This document shows, one piece after another, positions 1 through 9,853 of a stretch of DNA of 64,000 nt; the first letter of the stretch is position 1; the number at the start of each line of letters is the position of its first letter. The notes beneath the pieces are model-generated. The model ran no database searches. It had not been told where the DNA came from and worked only from the letters and a program-made list of their open reading frames with translations. This stretch comes from a virus (taxonomy: Duplodnaviria > Heunggongvirae > Uroviricota > Caudoviricetes). The position numbers and the translations under genes were made by a program. The stretch lies in the IMG/VR virus record IMGVR_UViG_3300031759_000002; one strand, 5' to 3'.

Positions 1-10
1 TACTCTTTAA

Positions 11-886
11 ATGTCTAATAAAAGAGTATCATATTCTCAATTTTCAACTTGGTTCAAATGCCCTAATAAATATTATAATGATTATATTCTAAATAAACGA
101 AAGTTTGAGGATACTCTTAATTTATCGTTTGGGACCGCAATTCACGAAACAATTCAACATTATTTAAAAACTTTGTATAATGAAGGAGAATCTCAAGCAG
201 CCTCTATAGATTTAAATACTATGTTTAAATCAGAGTTTCAACAGGAAATAGATAAGAAAAAAATCCCTCATACTAAAGCCGAATTGGATGAGTTTGTAGA
301 AGATGGACGTTTGATTTTGTCTGAGTTTATATTACCCGAAAATAGACGCCGATATTTCCCTCGTGATAAGTTTGAATTATTAGGAATTGAAACTGAAATC
401 AATGAAGCAATATTTAATAAGTTGAATGTTACTTCATTTTTAGATTTAGTTCTTAAGGAAAAACTATCGGGTAATATTAGAATCGTAGATTTTAAAACTT
501 CAGGCAGGGGATGGACTTCTGAAAAAGAAGATTTTACAAAATTGGCACAGCTTCGTTTATATAAAGCATTATATAGTAAGAAATATAATATTCCTTTAAG
601 TAAAATAAATGTTGAGTTTTTTATATTAAAACGAAAGACCTATGAAAATGCAAATTATCCTCAAACTAGGTTGAATGTATTTGTTCCGTCGTCTCATAAA
701 GCAGATATCGATGAAACCTTACAAGAGTTTTCTAAGTTTGTTAATGAATGTTTTAATAAGGATGGGGAATATTTGACTGATAAAACATATCCTAAAATTC
801 CCGGATTAAAAAAGAAAAATTGCAAATATTGCCAATATGCTAAAGATGGTACTTGCGACCAAAAAGCAAGTAAGATTATTTTGTAA
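11..886 (+). CDS. PD-(D/E)XK exonuclease, Cas4/RecB-like, with N-terminal Cys plus C-terminal CxxCx5C cluster (putative Fe-S)
   Basis: N-terminal SYSQFSTWFKCPNKYY. D...VDFKTS (D..ExK-like) core. C-terminal CKYCQYAKDGTC, three Cys plus one early Cys, as in the Cas4/AddB nuclease family. Confidence 0.55.
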   Translation: MSNKRVSYSQFSTWFKCPNKYYNDYILNKRKFEDTLNLSFGTAIHETIQHYLKTLYNEGESQAASIDLNTMFKSEFQQEIDKKKIPHTKAELDEFVEDGRLILSEFILPENRRRYFPRDKFELLGIETEINEAIFNKLNVTSFLDLVLKEKLSGNIRIVDFKTSGRGWTSEKEDFTKLAQLRLYKALYSKKYNIPLSKINVEFFILKRKTYENANYPQTRLNVFVPSSHKADIDETLQEFSKFVNECFNKDGEYLTDKTYPKIPGLKKKNCKYCQYAKDGTCDQKASKIIL

Positions 887-1273
887 TTGACATTTAACTT
901 TAATTTGATATCATACAGTATGTTATTGTCTGAATTAATCAATTCATTTTCCGAAGACGAGTTATGTCTTCTTTTAAGTATTATAAATACGGTAAACCCA
1001 ATTTCGTTTATTCATAGACAATTTGAGGTTTCCCATTTGAAATGGCTTAAAAAAGATATTTTAATTAAACATCTATTAGATTCATTTCAAAAAATAAATC
1101 CGGAAGGACATGAAACTTTTAAATCTTTAATGTTGAAATTGGATGTTAAGGTAGATATAAATAAAATTGAAACTCCTAAGCCACCCGCACCCACTTCCTC
1201 TATTGAGGCTCCTAAACAAGAGATAACTGGCTCAGTAGAACAATCAATAACATCTTCGATAGAACCTAAATAA
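887..1273 (+). CDS. hypothetical protein with a low-complexity P/S/T-rich C-terminus
   Basis: Non-overlapping ORF tightly packed between neighbours. No motif recognised. Confidence 0.3.
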   Translation: MTFNFNLISYSMLLSELINSFSEDELCLLLSIINTVNPISFIHRQFEVSHLKWLKKDILIKHLLDSFQKINPEGHETFKSLMLKLDVKVDINKIETPKPPAPTSSIEAPKQEITGSVEQSITSSIEPK

Positions 1274-1276
1274 TAT

Positions 1277-1840
1277 ATGGAAAAATCATCATTGAGAATT
1301 AGAGCAGATAAAGTTAAAGGCACACGATGCACTACTTTAATTGCAGTTTTGGAAAATCCAAAAACAATCGAAAACATAGGTTCGACTATCCGAAATGTAA
1401 ATGCATTAGGAGTTGAAAAGTTATATGTGGTAGATGGAAATAAAATATTACCAGATAAATGGGAAACCATGAGAGATAGGACTTCTTTAAATAAAATATC
1501 GGCATCTGCCATTAAATGGACGTATGTTAAAGTGTTTCCTACCACTGATAAATGTTTGGATTATTTGGATAAAAATAAGTATGTTTCTGTGGTTACGTCT
1601 CCGCACGTCAAAGGTAAGGAAAATGTATTATTAGATGAAGGTAAGTTTACCCATCCTAAGTTAGCAGTTTGGTTTGGAAATGAATCCAGAGGAATAAGCG
1701 ATACTGCCATAGAACGAAGTAAACTATGCATAAACATTCCAATGTATGGTATTATTGAAAGCTTGAATCTTGGAACTTGTACTGGTATAGTGTTATACGA
1801 AATAACTAAACAACGAAGAAAGTTTAAAACTCTTGTATAA
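1277..1840 (+). CDS. SpoU/TrmH-family RNA 2'-O-ribose methyltransferase (SPOUT class)
   Basis: NIGSTIRNVNALGV near the N-terminus. C-terminal FGNESRGISDT...IPMYGIIESLNLGTCTGIVLYE, matching SPOUT motifs II and III. Confidence 0.7.
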   Translation: MEKSSLRIRADKVKGTRCTTLIAVLENPKTIENIGSTIRNVNALGVEKLYVVDGNKILPDKWETMRDRTSLNKISASAIKWTYVKVFPTTDKCLDYLDKNKYVSVVTSPHVKGKENVLLDEGKFTHPKLAVWFGNESRGISDTAIERSKLCINIPMYGIIESLNLGTCTGIVLYEITKQRRKFKTLV

Positions 1841-4418
1841 AGCAATTTATAATAATAAAAATAATGGAATGGTATCGGTATTGGATGATGCTGATGATAG
1901 ATGGCAGCAATATCCTATTACCGATTTTAGATACGCATATAAAAAGTCAGATATAGGATGTTATGTTAGTTTATTTGGGGATAAACTTGAACGTATAACT
2001 TCTTATGATGATAATGACCCAACCTTATTTGAATCTGATTTAAACCCAGAAATGAAAATATTATTGGATTTATATCCAAATAATGATGATATTAGCAAAG
2101 GTCATAGAATATTGATATATGATATAGAAACTTCAACCGAAGGTGGGTTTCCCGATGTAATGCAAGGAGATAAGGCAATCACTGCTATAGCAACATATGA
2201 TTATACCGGTGATAAATATTATTCTCTTATATTAGACCCTGATAAAAAAGTAAAAAATAAAACTGTTGGAAACGAAATAACTAAATCATTTAGCACCGAG
2301 ACTGAATTGCTTACTTATTTTATAAATCTATGGACGAATATAAATCCTACTATTATATCGGGATGGAACATAAACTTCTTCGATAATCCATATCTATATA
2401 ATAGAGCTAAAAATGTATTGGGAAAATCAGCCGTTTATAAATTATCCCCATTGGGGCAAGTATATCAAAATCTATATACTAAAAAAATGGTTATAGGAGG
2501 AGTATCTTCTCTCGATTACATTGATTTATATAAAAAGTTTTGTGAAAAGATGAAGTCTTCATATTCATTAGCCAATGTAGCCAAAGATGAAGAACTTAAA
2601 CATCAAAAATTAACATATAAAGGAAATTTAGATACTTTGTATAAAACTGATATTGATAGATTTGTAGAATATAATTTAGTCGATGTTAAAGTAGTAGTCG
2701 AGTTAAACGAAAAGTATGATTATATAAACCTTGCTCTTGGAGTATGTCATAAAGGTCATATTCCATATGAATGGTTTCAAATGTCATCGAGGTTTATTGA
2801 TGGGGCTATTGTAGATTATTTACATGCTAATAAATTGATTGCTCCCAATAAACCGGCTGGCGGTAGAGAAGCATATGAAGAGATGGAAAACTCCGATGAT
2901 GAAGGATTTGAAGGAGCATATGTTAAAATACCTACTCCCGGTATTTATGAATGGGTTTGTTCTGCTGATATTACGTCTCTCTATCCGAGTGTAATCATGT
3001 CATTAAACATAAGTCCCGATACCAAAATAGGGGTTGTTAAGGATTGGGATTGGAACTCTTTTAATAATGGAAATATTAAAGAAATAAATCTTAACGGGAT
3101 GCTTTATACTATTGATGAGTTTAATATTATGATGTTAAATCATAGTATTTCCGTATCATCCAGCGGAGTTGTTTATAAAATGAATAAACTGGGGGTTATA
3201 CCTACCATATTGGATAAATGGTTTTCGGAGCGGGTAGAATATCGAAAATTAGCTAAAAAGTATGCCAAAGAAGGAAATAAAGAAATGGCGGCATTTTATA
3301 ATCGTCGTCAATTAAGACAGAAGATTTTCCTTAATTCTGTATATGGCGTGTTGGGACTTCCAATCTTTAGGTTTTATGATATTGATAATGCCGCATCTGT
3401 TACTTCTACAGGTCAGACTATTATTAAATATGCCGAACAGGTAGTTAATGATTTATATGTTAAAAAGTTTAATAAGTATAAAGTAACTCCTCCTAAAAAT
3501 GATTTTATTATCTATGTCGATACTGATTCTAATTATTTTTCAACTAAAGAATTAGGAAAACTTGAAAATATAAAGGAAGAGGAGATGACCGATTATACAA
3601 TTAAATTTGTAACGGAAGCAGCCGACAGAATAAATAAGTTTTATGAGTATATGGTGCCAAAGGTGTTTAATGTTTCACCTTCACGAAATCGTATTAAAAT
3701 AGTTCCCGATGTTATTGCTGAACGTTCTATTTGGATTGCTAAGAAACGATATGCCATGCTTAAAGTATATGACATGGAAACTATGTCAGTAGTTAAAGAT
3801 AAGCAAGGAAACATTGGTCAAGTAAAAGTAATGGGTATTGATACAGTAAGAAGTTCATATCCTAAATTTTTTAAGTCAGTTGTAGGTAAAGTTTTAGAGG
3901 ATATATTAAGAGGTAAAGATTTATTATTGATAGATGAAGAAATAATGGAAATGGAAGAAAAGATACCATCTATTGATGCTATAGATTTAGCAAAAACAAG
4001 CTCAATTAAGTTTATATCCCGCAAAGGAGATAAACATTATTCTCCAAAAGGAAGAGATAGATTTGATATTGTTAAAGGAGCACCTATAACGGCTAAATCT
4101 GGTAATAATTATAATGATTTACTTAATATTTGGAAATTAAATAAACAATATGATTTAATTCGTCATTCGGATAAGTGTAAATGGATATATTTGCTTCCAT
4201 ATAATCCATATGCCATTGATTGCGTGGCATTTAAAGGAGATGATACCGACCCCGATAAATTATTAGAATTTATCGCACAATATGTCGATAAAAATAAAAT
4301 GTATGAACGAGAATTAAAGAGTAAATTATTAGAAATATATAGTGCTATAAATAGGCAACTTCCGAATCGAGGTAGTCAAAAGGCACTTAAGACATTTGAT
4401 TTTAGTGAAAGTTGGTGA
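1833..4418 (+). CDS. family B DNA polymerase, T4/RB69 gp43-like
   Basis: Blocks match T4 gp43: YDIETS (exo I), GWNINFFDNPYLYNRAK, SSLDYIDLYKKF, DITSLYPSVIMSLNISPDT (motif A), YVDTDS (motif C), IAKKRYAMLKVYDME (KxY). The true start may be an internal Met just after the overlap with the upstream gene. Confidence 0.92.
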   Translation: MYKAIYNNKNNGMVSVLDDADDRWQQYPITDFRYAYKKSDIGCYVSLFGDKLERITSYDDNDPTLFESDLNPEMKILLDLYPNNDDISKGHRILIYDIETSTEGGFPDVMQGDKAITAIATYDYTGDKYYSLILDPDKKVKNKTVGNEITKSFSTETELLTYFINLWTNINPTIISGWNINFFDNPYLYNRAKNVLGKSAVYKLSPLGQVYQNLYTKKMVIGGVSSLDYIDLYKKFCEKMKSSYSLANVAKDEELKHQKLTYKGNLDTLYKTDIDRFVEYNLVDVKVVVELNEKYDYINLALGVCHKGHIPYEWFQMSSRFIDGAIVDYLHANKLIAPNKPAGGREAYEEMENSDDEGFEGAYVKIPTPGIYEWVCSADITSLYPSVIMSLNISPDTKIGVVKDWDWNSFNNGNIKEINLNGMLYTIDEFNIMMLNHSISVSSSGVVYKMNKLGVIPTILDKWFSERVEYRKLAKKYAKEGNKEMAAFYNRRQLRQKIFLNSVYGVLGLPIFRFYDIDNAASVTSTGQTIIKYAEQVVNDLYVKKFNKYKVTPPKNDFIIYVDTDSNYFSTKELGKLENIKEEEMTDYTIKFVTEAADRINKFYEYMVPKVFNVSPSRNRIKIVPDVIAERSIWIAKKRYAMLKVYDMETMSVVKDKQGNIGQVKVMGIDTVRSSYPKFFKSVVGKVLEDILRGKDLLLIDEEIMEMEEKIPSIDAIDLAKTSSIKFISRKGDKHYSPKGRDRFDIVKGAPITAKSGNNYNDLLNIWKLNKQYDLIRHSDKCKWIYLLPYNPYAIDCVAFKGDDTDPDKLLEFIAQYVDKNKMYERELKSKLLEIYSAINRQLPNRGSQKALKTFDFSESW

Positions 4419-4634
4419 ATGCTCCCCTACCCTAAAGGGATAGGGGGCGCACAACATTACGATGGAATTAGAGTTGGAAAACATAAATTTACTAAAGTTG
4501 AATTTAAACGATTACGAAAACATGATAAGATGAAAAATGAATATGCCAAAATAAATAAAATTGACTTGTTACGAATCCCATATTACAATATAAAGAAAAT
4601 ACCAGAGATACTTAAAAATATATTAAATTTATGA
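4419..4634 (+). CDS. hypothetical small basic protein; the ORF begins inside an IS-end-like hairpin
   Basis: The ORF starts within the GC-rich palindrome at 4424..4447. Coding status uncertain. Confidence 0.2.
   Translation: MLPYPKGIGGAQHYDGIRVGKHKFTKVEFKRLRKHDKMKNEYAKINKIDLLRIPYYNIKKIPEILKNILNL
4424..4447. repeat. GC-rich imperfect hairpin cccctaccctaaagggataggggg. It is the reverse complement of the hairpins at 48264..48286 and 50897..50919. Likely an IS200/IS605 subterminal hairpin relic, possibly doubling as the polB terminator.
   Basis: Six-bp stem, bulged A, three-bp stem, 4-nt loop. Three copies in the window, GC-rich islands in an AT-rich background. Confidence 0.5.
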
Positions 4635-5035
4635 ATAAAGAAATAAAATACGACGAAATTATACAACAACCATTATTAACTGATGAAGGATATTTAAATC
4701 CGGCATGTATGAATGAACTTACTTCTGCTATAAATAATATGCCGAAAACATTCGATAGATTAAAGGGAGATGATGAATGGAATAATAAAAAAGACCAATG
4801 GACTCTTAAAAAAGATATAGTTGGAGCATTCGCTATGTGGGCTACTAAACGTCCTATTCATAGACCTAATTGTTGGATTAGAAAATATGAAGGAATATGT
4901 AAGGATTTAGCATATAGAACAAATGAAGAACAATTACAAATGCTTAAAGAGTTAGGATGGAAGGAAGATACGATGTGGGGAAGTGCCATATTATGCGACT
5001 GTGGATTAAAAGAAGCACAGGATAAATGTATATGA
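4631..5035 (+). CDS. hypothetical protein
   Basis: ORF start overlaps the upstream stop (ATGA). No motif recognised. Confidence 0.35.
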   Translation: MNKEIKYDEIIQQPLLTDEGYLNPACMNELTSAINNMPKTFDRLKGDDEWNNKKDQWTLKKDIVGAFAMWATKRPIHRPNCWIRKYEGICKDLAYRTNEEQLQMLKELGWKEDTMWGSAILCDCGLKEAQDKCI

Positions 5036-5286
5036 AAATACATAGAATATTTGGTATGGAATGGTCTGGTGCATATTACATTGCGTATGATTGTAAAGGA
5101 AAAGATATGAGACCAGAATATGTGTTTGAATATTGTGGTGGAAAATCTAAAAGATTAAAGCGATATGAGCATAAGCCATTGAAAGAATTATCTTTGATTA
5201 CTGCTCCTTGGACAGATGATAAATTAGCAGAAGAAGCATATAGAATATGGGAGAAAAAATTACCTTATAAAGATTATACAATATGA
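5026..5286 (+). CDS. hypothetical protein, paralogous to 8420..8716
   Basis: Shares the TAPW(S/T)DD motif with ORF 8420..8716 (ITAPWTDDKLAEE versus VTAPWSDDLVKK). Confidence 0.35.
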   Translation: MYMKIHRIFGMEWSGAYYIAYDCKGKDMRPEYVFEYCGGKSKRLKRYEHKPLKELSLITAPWTDDKLAEEAYRIWEKKLPYKDYTI

Positions 5287-5456
5287 AGACAGACAAATCT
5301 AAAAAAATTAAACAATGGTGGTGGATTCAAAATATTAAATTAACACTTAAAGTTATAATATATGTATTAGTAATAATTTTAAGTATGATTATATTTGATA
5401 GATATTTTTTAACGCAATTATTAGAACAGTATCATCCTTTACCTTGATTATACAAT

Positions 5457-5798
5457 ATGAGAACATATAGATTAGTAGAGATGGATAACCACGGAAACTT
5501 GAAAACCTTATTTCACGGAATAAATGGTTCTCGAATACTTCCTATAAACAAATGGATTAAAGCAAATATTAAAATGGTTAGTGAAGGAGTTAATGGTAAG
5601 AAATATTTAAGCGGCTTCCATTCACTGGGAACTTTGGTTGAATGCTTACAGTATTCTCGAAAGTTTAAGAAAAAAGAAAATAGATATGTTATTCCTATTA
5701 AAATAAAGAATATACGAATGAAAGAACATAGTACTTCAAAAGTATATCTGTCTGAATATATGAAGATAGAGGAAACTGCTACATTAACGCCTATATGA
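5457..5798 (+). CDS. hypothetical protein
   Basis: ORF translationally coupled to the next gene (ATGA overlap). Confidence 0.35.
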   Translation: MRTYRLVEMDNHGNLKTLFHGINGSRILPINKWIKANIKMVSEGVNGKKYLSGFHSLGTLVECLQYSRKFKKKENRYVIPIKIKNIRMKEHSTSKVYLSEYMKIEETATLTPI

Positions 5799-6400
5799 TT
5801 ATTGAATGGAGAAAATTACTATCGGACCATGCTCCAATATCACTTCCAAGTTGGGAAGGTGATAAAGTATATATTTCAACTTCGGCAAGAGATAGTATAT
5901 ACGAGCAATTATTAGCCTTAAAAGGAAAACGTGTAATTGACCTTATTCCAGCAGATGAAGAAGATTGGAAAAAATATAAAGAATTAACTCTTCCAAATCA
6001 TTATACTACATGGAAACCCGAAGAATATGAAGCAGCAAGAAAAATAGGAGTTCTAACAGATATTTCAATGAATATTGGTAATTTAACATCTCCAACTAAT
6101 GAAATATTTGGTAAAGTTTCTATCGATGATTCTTTTAAAGAGTTTCAATGGAAAGCATATACGCTTTATATTGGACTTGATGATACATTCACCAAGTTTG
6201 ATTACGAGAAAGCAGATGATGGATGGAATCCTAAAAATTGGAATGCTGGATTTACTATTTCCGAATGTAAAGTGAAAGGTCTTTATTTTAAAAAAGACCG
6301 AAGTTCTAATGATTATGATTTTGATACTGGTATGCGTAATTATTATCATCTTCGCAATTTAGGAATGTATGTGTATCTTCCGGGAAGGGGTTATTACTAA
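5795..6400 (+). CDS. hypothetical protein
   Basis: 201-aa ORF. No motif recognised. Confidence 0.4.
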   Translation: MIIEWRKLLSDHAPISLPSWEGDKVYISTSARDSIYEQLLALKGKRVIDLIPADEEDWKKYKELTLPNHYTTWKPEEYEAARKIGVLTDISMNIGNLTSPTNEIFGKVSIDDSFKEFQWKAYTLYIGLDDTFTKFDYEKADDGWNPKNWNAGFTISECKVKGLYFKKDRSSNDYDFDTGMRNYYHLRNLGMYVYLPGRGYY

Positions 6401-6590
6401 TCAAATAATAAAAGAATGGTGGGAACTTAAACGTCCCATGTGGTCTAATGTCAGAGTTGTTATTGATGATAATATTGCGTTTTTATATGCTAAATTAACA
6501 TCTAAAGATAATGATAGAACGGTTGCTCGTATTTATATTAAAGGTATAACTTCTACGGATGATTTAAATCCATATGAGTATTGGGGTTAA
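6369..6590 (+). CDS. hypothetical protein
   Basis: Short ORF overlapping the 3' end of the previous gene. Confidence 0.25.
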   Translation: MCIFREGVITNQIIKEWWELKRPMWSNVRVVIDDNIAFLYAKLTSKDNDRTVARIYIKGITSTDDLNPYEYWG

Positions 6591-6632
6591 AATAACTTTA
6601 CAGTAAAAATAAACCTGATATAATATAGTGAA

Positions 6633-7379
6633 ATGAAAAAAGAAATATTGGACAGTTATATTAAAAAGTTTAGTCTTGGTAAGATAATATCAAAGGCTAA
6701 AATTAAATATATAGTTTGTAAAAATATATTACATACAAGAGCCACCGCAGATAATATGTCATTTTTAAGTGATGTCATTCTTAAAAATTTTAATGAATTA
6801 GGACCAAATGATGCTGTAATCTGTGCGGGGGATTGTGAAAAACTTAAAGCAATTATTTCTCCATTTACCGATGAAATCAAATTATCATTAAATCTTAATG
6901 GAGACAAGGTATTAGGACTTAATTTCGCATCGGATGATGTGGAGACGTATTACGGGGCGGCAGACCCGATTGCAATACCTAAAACTCCTATTGGACTTGG
7001 TGATATAGGAACTCCAAATGTAGTTATTCCTTTTTCCGATGATTTTACCAAGCAATTTTTAAAGGCAAAGGTTGCATTGGATGAAACTGCATTATTTTCT
7101 GTAGCAATGAATAAGAAAGAAAAAGTTGAGTTTGTATTTGGTTATTTAACTTCTAATTCTAATAAGATTAGAATATCTCCTCCGTCTGCAATTATAAATA
7201 CAAAATTAAGTAAGGGATTACAATTTCCAGTTACTCAATTAGCAGAAAGTTACCGTAATAATACTGATATGTCGGGTGGTATTATGGAAATATATGAAAA
7301 TGAGGGAGGTTTAATTAAATTATCATTTTCCAGTGATTTATTCGACTGTAATTACTATCAATTCAGTAATACAAAATAA
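6633..7379 (+). CDS. putative sliding clamp (T4 gp45-like), tentative
   Basis: T4 gp45-like length and acidic composition. AADP motif at a similar position to T4 gp45 (WPAADP). It sits between the polymerase and the clamp loader. Confidence 0.35.
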   Translation: MKKEILDSYIKKFSLGKIISKAKIKYIVCKNILHTRATADNMSFLSDVILKNFNELGPNDAVICAGDCEKLKAIISPFTDEIKLSLNLNGDKVLGLNFASDDVETYYGAADPIAIPKTPIGLGDIGTPNVVIPFSDDFTKQFLKAKVALDETALFSVAMNKKEKVEFVFGYLTSNSNKIRISPPSAIINTKLSKGLQFPVTQLAESYRNNTDMSGGIMEIYENEGGLIKLSFSSDLFDCNYYQFSNTK

Positions 7380-7385
7380 ATGTAA

Positions 7386-7601
7386 ATGTTTGGATTTTTA
7401 TGTTGTTTGTTATATATTTATAAGGATAACCTAATTATGGGAAGAAAAAAAATATATGAAACAAAAGAACAACTTAGAGACGCCCAACGAAAATGGAGAC
7501 GTGACTATTACACCAGAAATAGAGAAAAATGTTGTAAAAAAAGAATGCTCTACTATTTTGACAACAAAAGAAAAGAGAGCAAAGTATCATCAAAAAAATA
7601 A
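7386..7601 (+). CDS. small basic MGRKK-module ORF (likely start 7437). Overlaps the HNH gene in another frame. Paralog at 24144..24299.
   Basis: MGRKKIYETKEQLRDAQRKWRRDYYTRNREKCCKKRM is paralogous to MGRKKLNRTIEELREQKRIRDERYYNRHKTQICEKRM at 24144. Confidence 0.3.
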   Translation: MFGFLCCLLYIYKDNLIMGRKKIYETKEQLRDAQRKWRRDYYTRNREKCCKKRMLYYFDNKRKESKVSSKK

Positions 7602-8388
7602 AGAAAAAAATAATATTAGATGTCGAGAATATAGAAAAAATAATAAAGAATATTTTATTAAGTATAGATTGAAAAATAAAGAAGAAAATAAAGAAGAAAA
7701 TAAAGAAAAAAATAAAATATATAGAGAAAAAACAAAGTATAAACGAAAAGAATATTTTATTACTTATAAGAAGAATAACAAATATAAAATAAAGCAGAAC
7801 AGACATAATTATTATATTAAAAATAAAGAAAAAGTTAAAGAACAAAGCAAAATATATTGGTCCACTCGCAAAGAAAAGAGGTCTATTTATCACAAACAAT
7901 ATCATCTTAAAAATAAAGAGAAACGATCCAATTCCGGTAAGATATATTATGTGGAAAATAGAGAACATATAAAAAAACGATATAGAAATAATAGAGTTCA
8001 TATAAATGAAGTTCGGAAATTAAGAAGAAACAATAACATAAATGTTAAAATAGGATGTAATTTAAGAACCCGATTGTGGTGTGCTTTAATGGGTAATGCT
8101 AAATTGGGTTCGGCAGTTAGAGATTTAGGATGTTCTATTTCAGATTTTAGAAAATATATTGAAAGTAGGTTTAAACAGGGAATGACTTGGGAAAATTATG
8201 GAAAAAACGGATGGAACTTGGATCATATTATTCCTATTAGTTTTTTTGATTTAACAAATAAGGAAGAACTATTAAAGGCAGTTCACTATACTAATATACA
8301 ACCACTATGGGAAACTACTGCGATAGCAAGGAAAAATGGAGATATGATATCAATTGGAAATATTGAAAAACGAAATAAAATAAGTTGA
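7456..8388 (+). CDS. HNH homing endonuclease with a long K/E/N-rich repeat N-terminal region
   Basis: C-terminal GWNLDHIIPISFFDLTN...NIQPLW is an HNH motif. It is paralogous to the C-terminus of 55598..56233. The N-terminus has YxxKNKEK-type repeats. Confidence 0.6.
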   Translation: MKQKNNLETPNENGDVTITPEIEKNVVKKECSTILTTKEKRAKYHQKNKEKNNIRCREYRKNNKEYFIKYRLKNKEENKEENKEKNKIYREKTKYKRKEYFITYKKNNKYKIKQNRHNYYIKNKEKVKEQSKIYWSTRKEKRSIYHKQYHLKNKEKRSNSGKIYYVENREHIKKRYRNNRVHINEVRKLRRNNNINVKIGCNLRTRLWCALMGNAKLGSAVRDLGCSISDFRKYIESRFKQGMTWENYGKNGWNLDHIIPISFFDLTNKEELLKAVHYTNIQPLWETTAIARKNGDMISIGNIEKRNKIS

Positions 8389-8419
8389 TTTTTTACAAGT
8401 TTTATATTAAACTTGGATT

Positions 8420-8716
8420 ATGAGTGATATAAAATATGTAACGGCACCTTGGTCTGATGATTTGGTTAAAAAATTAAATGATTACCAAGAAAATGGAGGA
8501 GGACATCCTTATACATGTGGCCCATGTAGGGATAAATACCATACTCGATTTGTAGTTAAAAACAATAAATTAGTAAGGGAAACCGAAGAAGATTTTAACG
8601 ACCTCAATAAAAAATTTGTAAGTATGGACCGAAACTTAGTTGCGACTAAATGGGGTTGGGTATGTCATACTTGTGATGATATCCAAGATTGGTGTATTGA
8701 CCTTGAATTGATGTAA
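8420..8716 (+). CDS. hypothetical Cys-containing protein (CGPC...CHTC)
   Basis: Possible Zn-binding pairs. Paralog of 5026..5286. Confidence 0.35.
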   Translation: MSDIKYVTAPWSDDLVKKLNDYQENGGGHPYTCGPCRDKYHTRFVVKNNKLVRETEEDFNDLNKKFVSMDRNLVATKWGWVCHTCDDIQDWCIDLELM

Positions 8717-8891
8717 TAAATAATTTATGTGGAATATAAAATCTAATAAAAAAGGAACCAGATTAACTATAATTACAAATAAAAGTAGAGCATTCATATC
8801 TGCATATATAAAATATGAAGATAAAAAAACAGGAATTGTGGATGATGTAAAATTATACGTTCCATTTAATAGTTGGAGGAAAACATAATAT

Positions 8892-9848
8892 ATGATTAAA
8901 TTTGAATTTGAAGAAGAAATTGACGTAAGTAAAACTTCATCTTTATGGGTGGAGAAATATAGACCACTTAAAATTGAAGATTTCATAGGAAATGAAGATT
9001 TACTTAAATCTATACGAATGTGGCTTGATAAAAAAGAAATACCGCAGATATTACTATACGGAAGCCCCGGAACAGGTAAAACCAGCCTTGCTAAATTACT
9101 GATTAAAAATATTCCATGTGATTCATTGATGGTAAACGCATCGGATGAAACTGGTATTGACTCGATGCGTAATAAAGTGCAAGATTTTGCAATGACAACT
9201 GGATTTCAACCTCTTAAAATAATATTTTTAGATGAGTTTGAACGAGTTTCTCCTGAAGCACAATGTATGCTTAAAAATCTAATGGAGACATATTCGGCTT
9301 CCGTTAGATTTATTTTAACTTCTAATAACCAAGACAAAGTTATAGAAGCAATTCGTTCTCGTTGTCAGTCGTTTGAAGTTAAACCGATGGATAAAGTGGC
9401 AGTAATGAAACATTTAATTAAGATATTAACACTTGAAAAAATTACATTTAAGAATGAATCGGTTGCGTTTATAGTAAAATCTTATTTTCCCGATTTAAGA
9501 AAAATAATCAATTACGCTCAACAATGTATAGATGGAACTGAACTTAAGATTTCAAATGTATCATCCATTGATTATGACTATAAATTAAAATTGGTAGAGT
9601 TAATAAAACAATCTCCGTCAAATTGGAAAGCATTTACTGAGATACGACAACTGGTGGCAGACGCTTCGTTTTCTAATTATGGAGAAGTATATAAGTATTT
9701 ATTTGAAGTAGTCGATACTTATAGTGGAGATAAGTCGCCCGATGTTATTTTAATTTTAGCCGATGCAGTTTATCAAAGTACATTAGTATTTGAACGAGAA
9801 ATAACATTTGTAGCAACAATTCACAAAATATTAAAGACAATAAAATAA
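8892..9848 (+). CDS. clamp-loader AAA+ ATPase large subunit (T4 gp44 / RFC-like)
   Basis: EKYRP, Walker A GSPGTGKTSLAK, Walker B/DExD FLDEFER, SRC motif (IRSRCQSF). GGAGGA Shine-Dalgarno upstream. Confidence 0.8.
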   Translation: MIKFEFEEEIDVSKTSSLWVEKYRPLKIEDFIGNEDLLKSIRMWLDKKEIPQILLYGSPGTGKTSLAKLLIKNIPCDSLMVNASDETGIDSMRNKVQDFAMTTGFQPLKIIFLDEFERVSPEAQCMLKNLMETYSASVRFILTSNNQDKVIEAIRSRCQSFEVKPMDKVAVMKHLIKILTLEKITFKNESVAFIVKSYFPDLRKIINYAQQCIDGTELKISNVSSIDYDYKLKLVELIKQSPSNWKAFTEIRQLVADASFSNYGEVYKYLFEVVDTYSGDKSPDVILILADAVYQSTLVFEREITFVATIHKILKTIK

Positions 9849-9853
9849 AATAT

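Noticed and set aside
694-1545. Minus-strand ORFs 694..942 and 1087..1545 (and similar antisense ORFs such as 7474..8001, 12078..12437, 40792..41259, 57744..58034)
   Set aside because: They lie fully antisense to well-supported genes with recognisable domains. Their composition is hydrophobic or low-complexity as expected from reading AT-rich coding DNA backwards. They are spurious.
7600-7800. Short periodic aaagaagaaaataaagaa repeats that look like a tandem DNA repeat or mini-array
   Set aside because: They lie inside an open reading frame and simply encode a low-complexity KEENKEENKEKNK stretch of the HNH protein N-terminus. There are no unique spacers.
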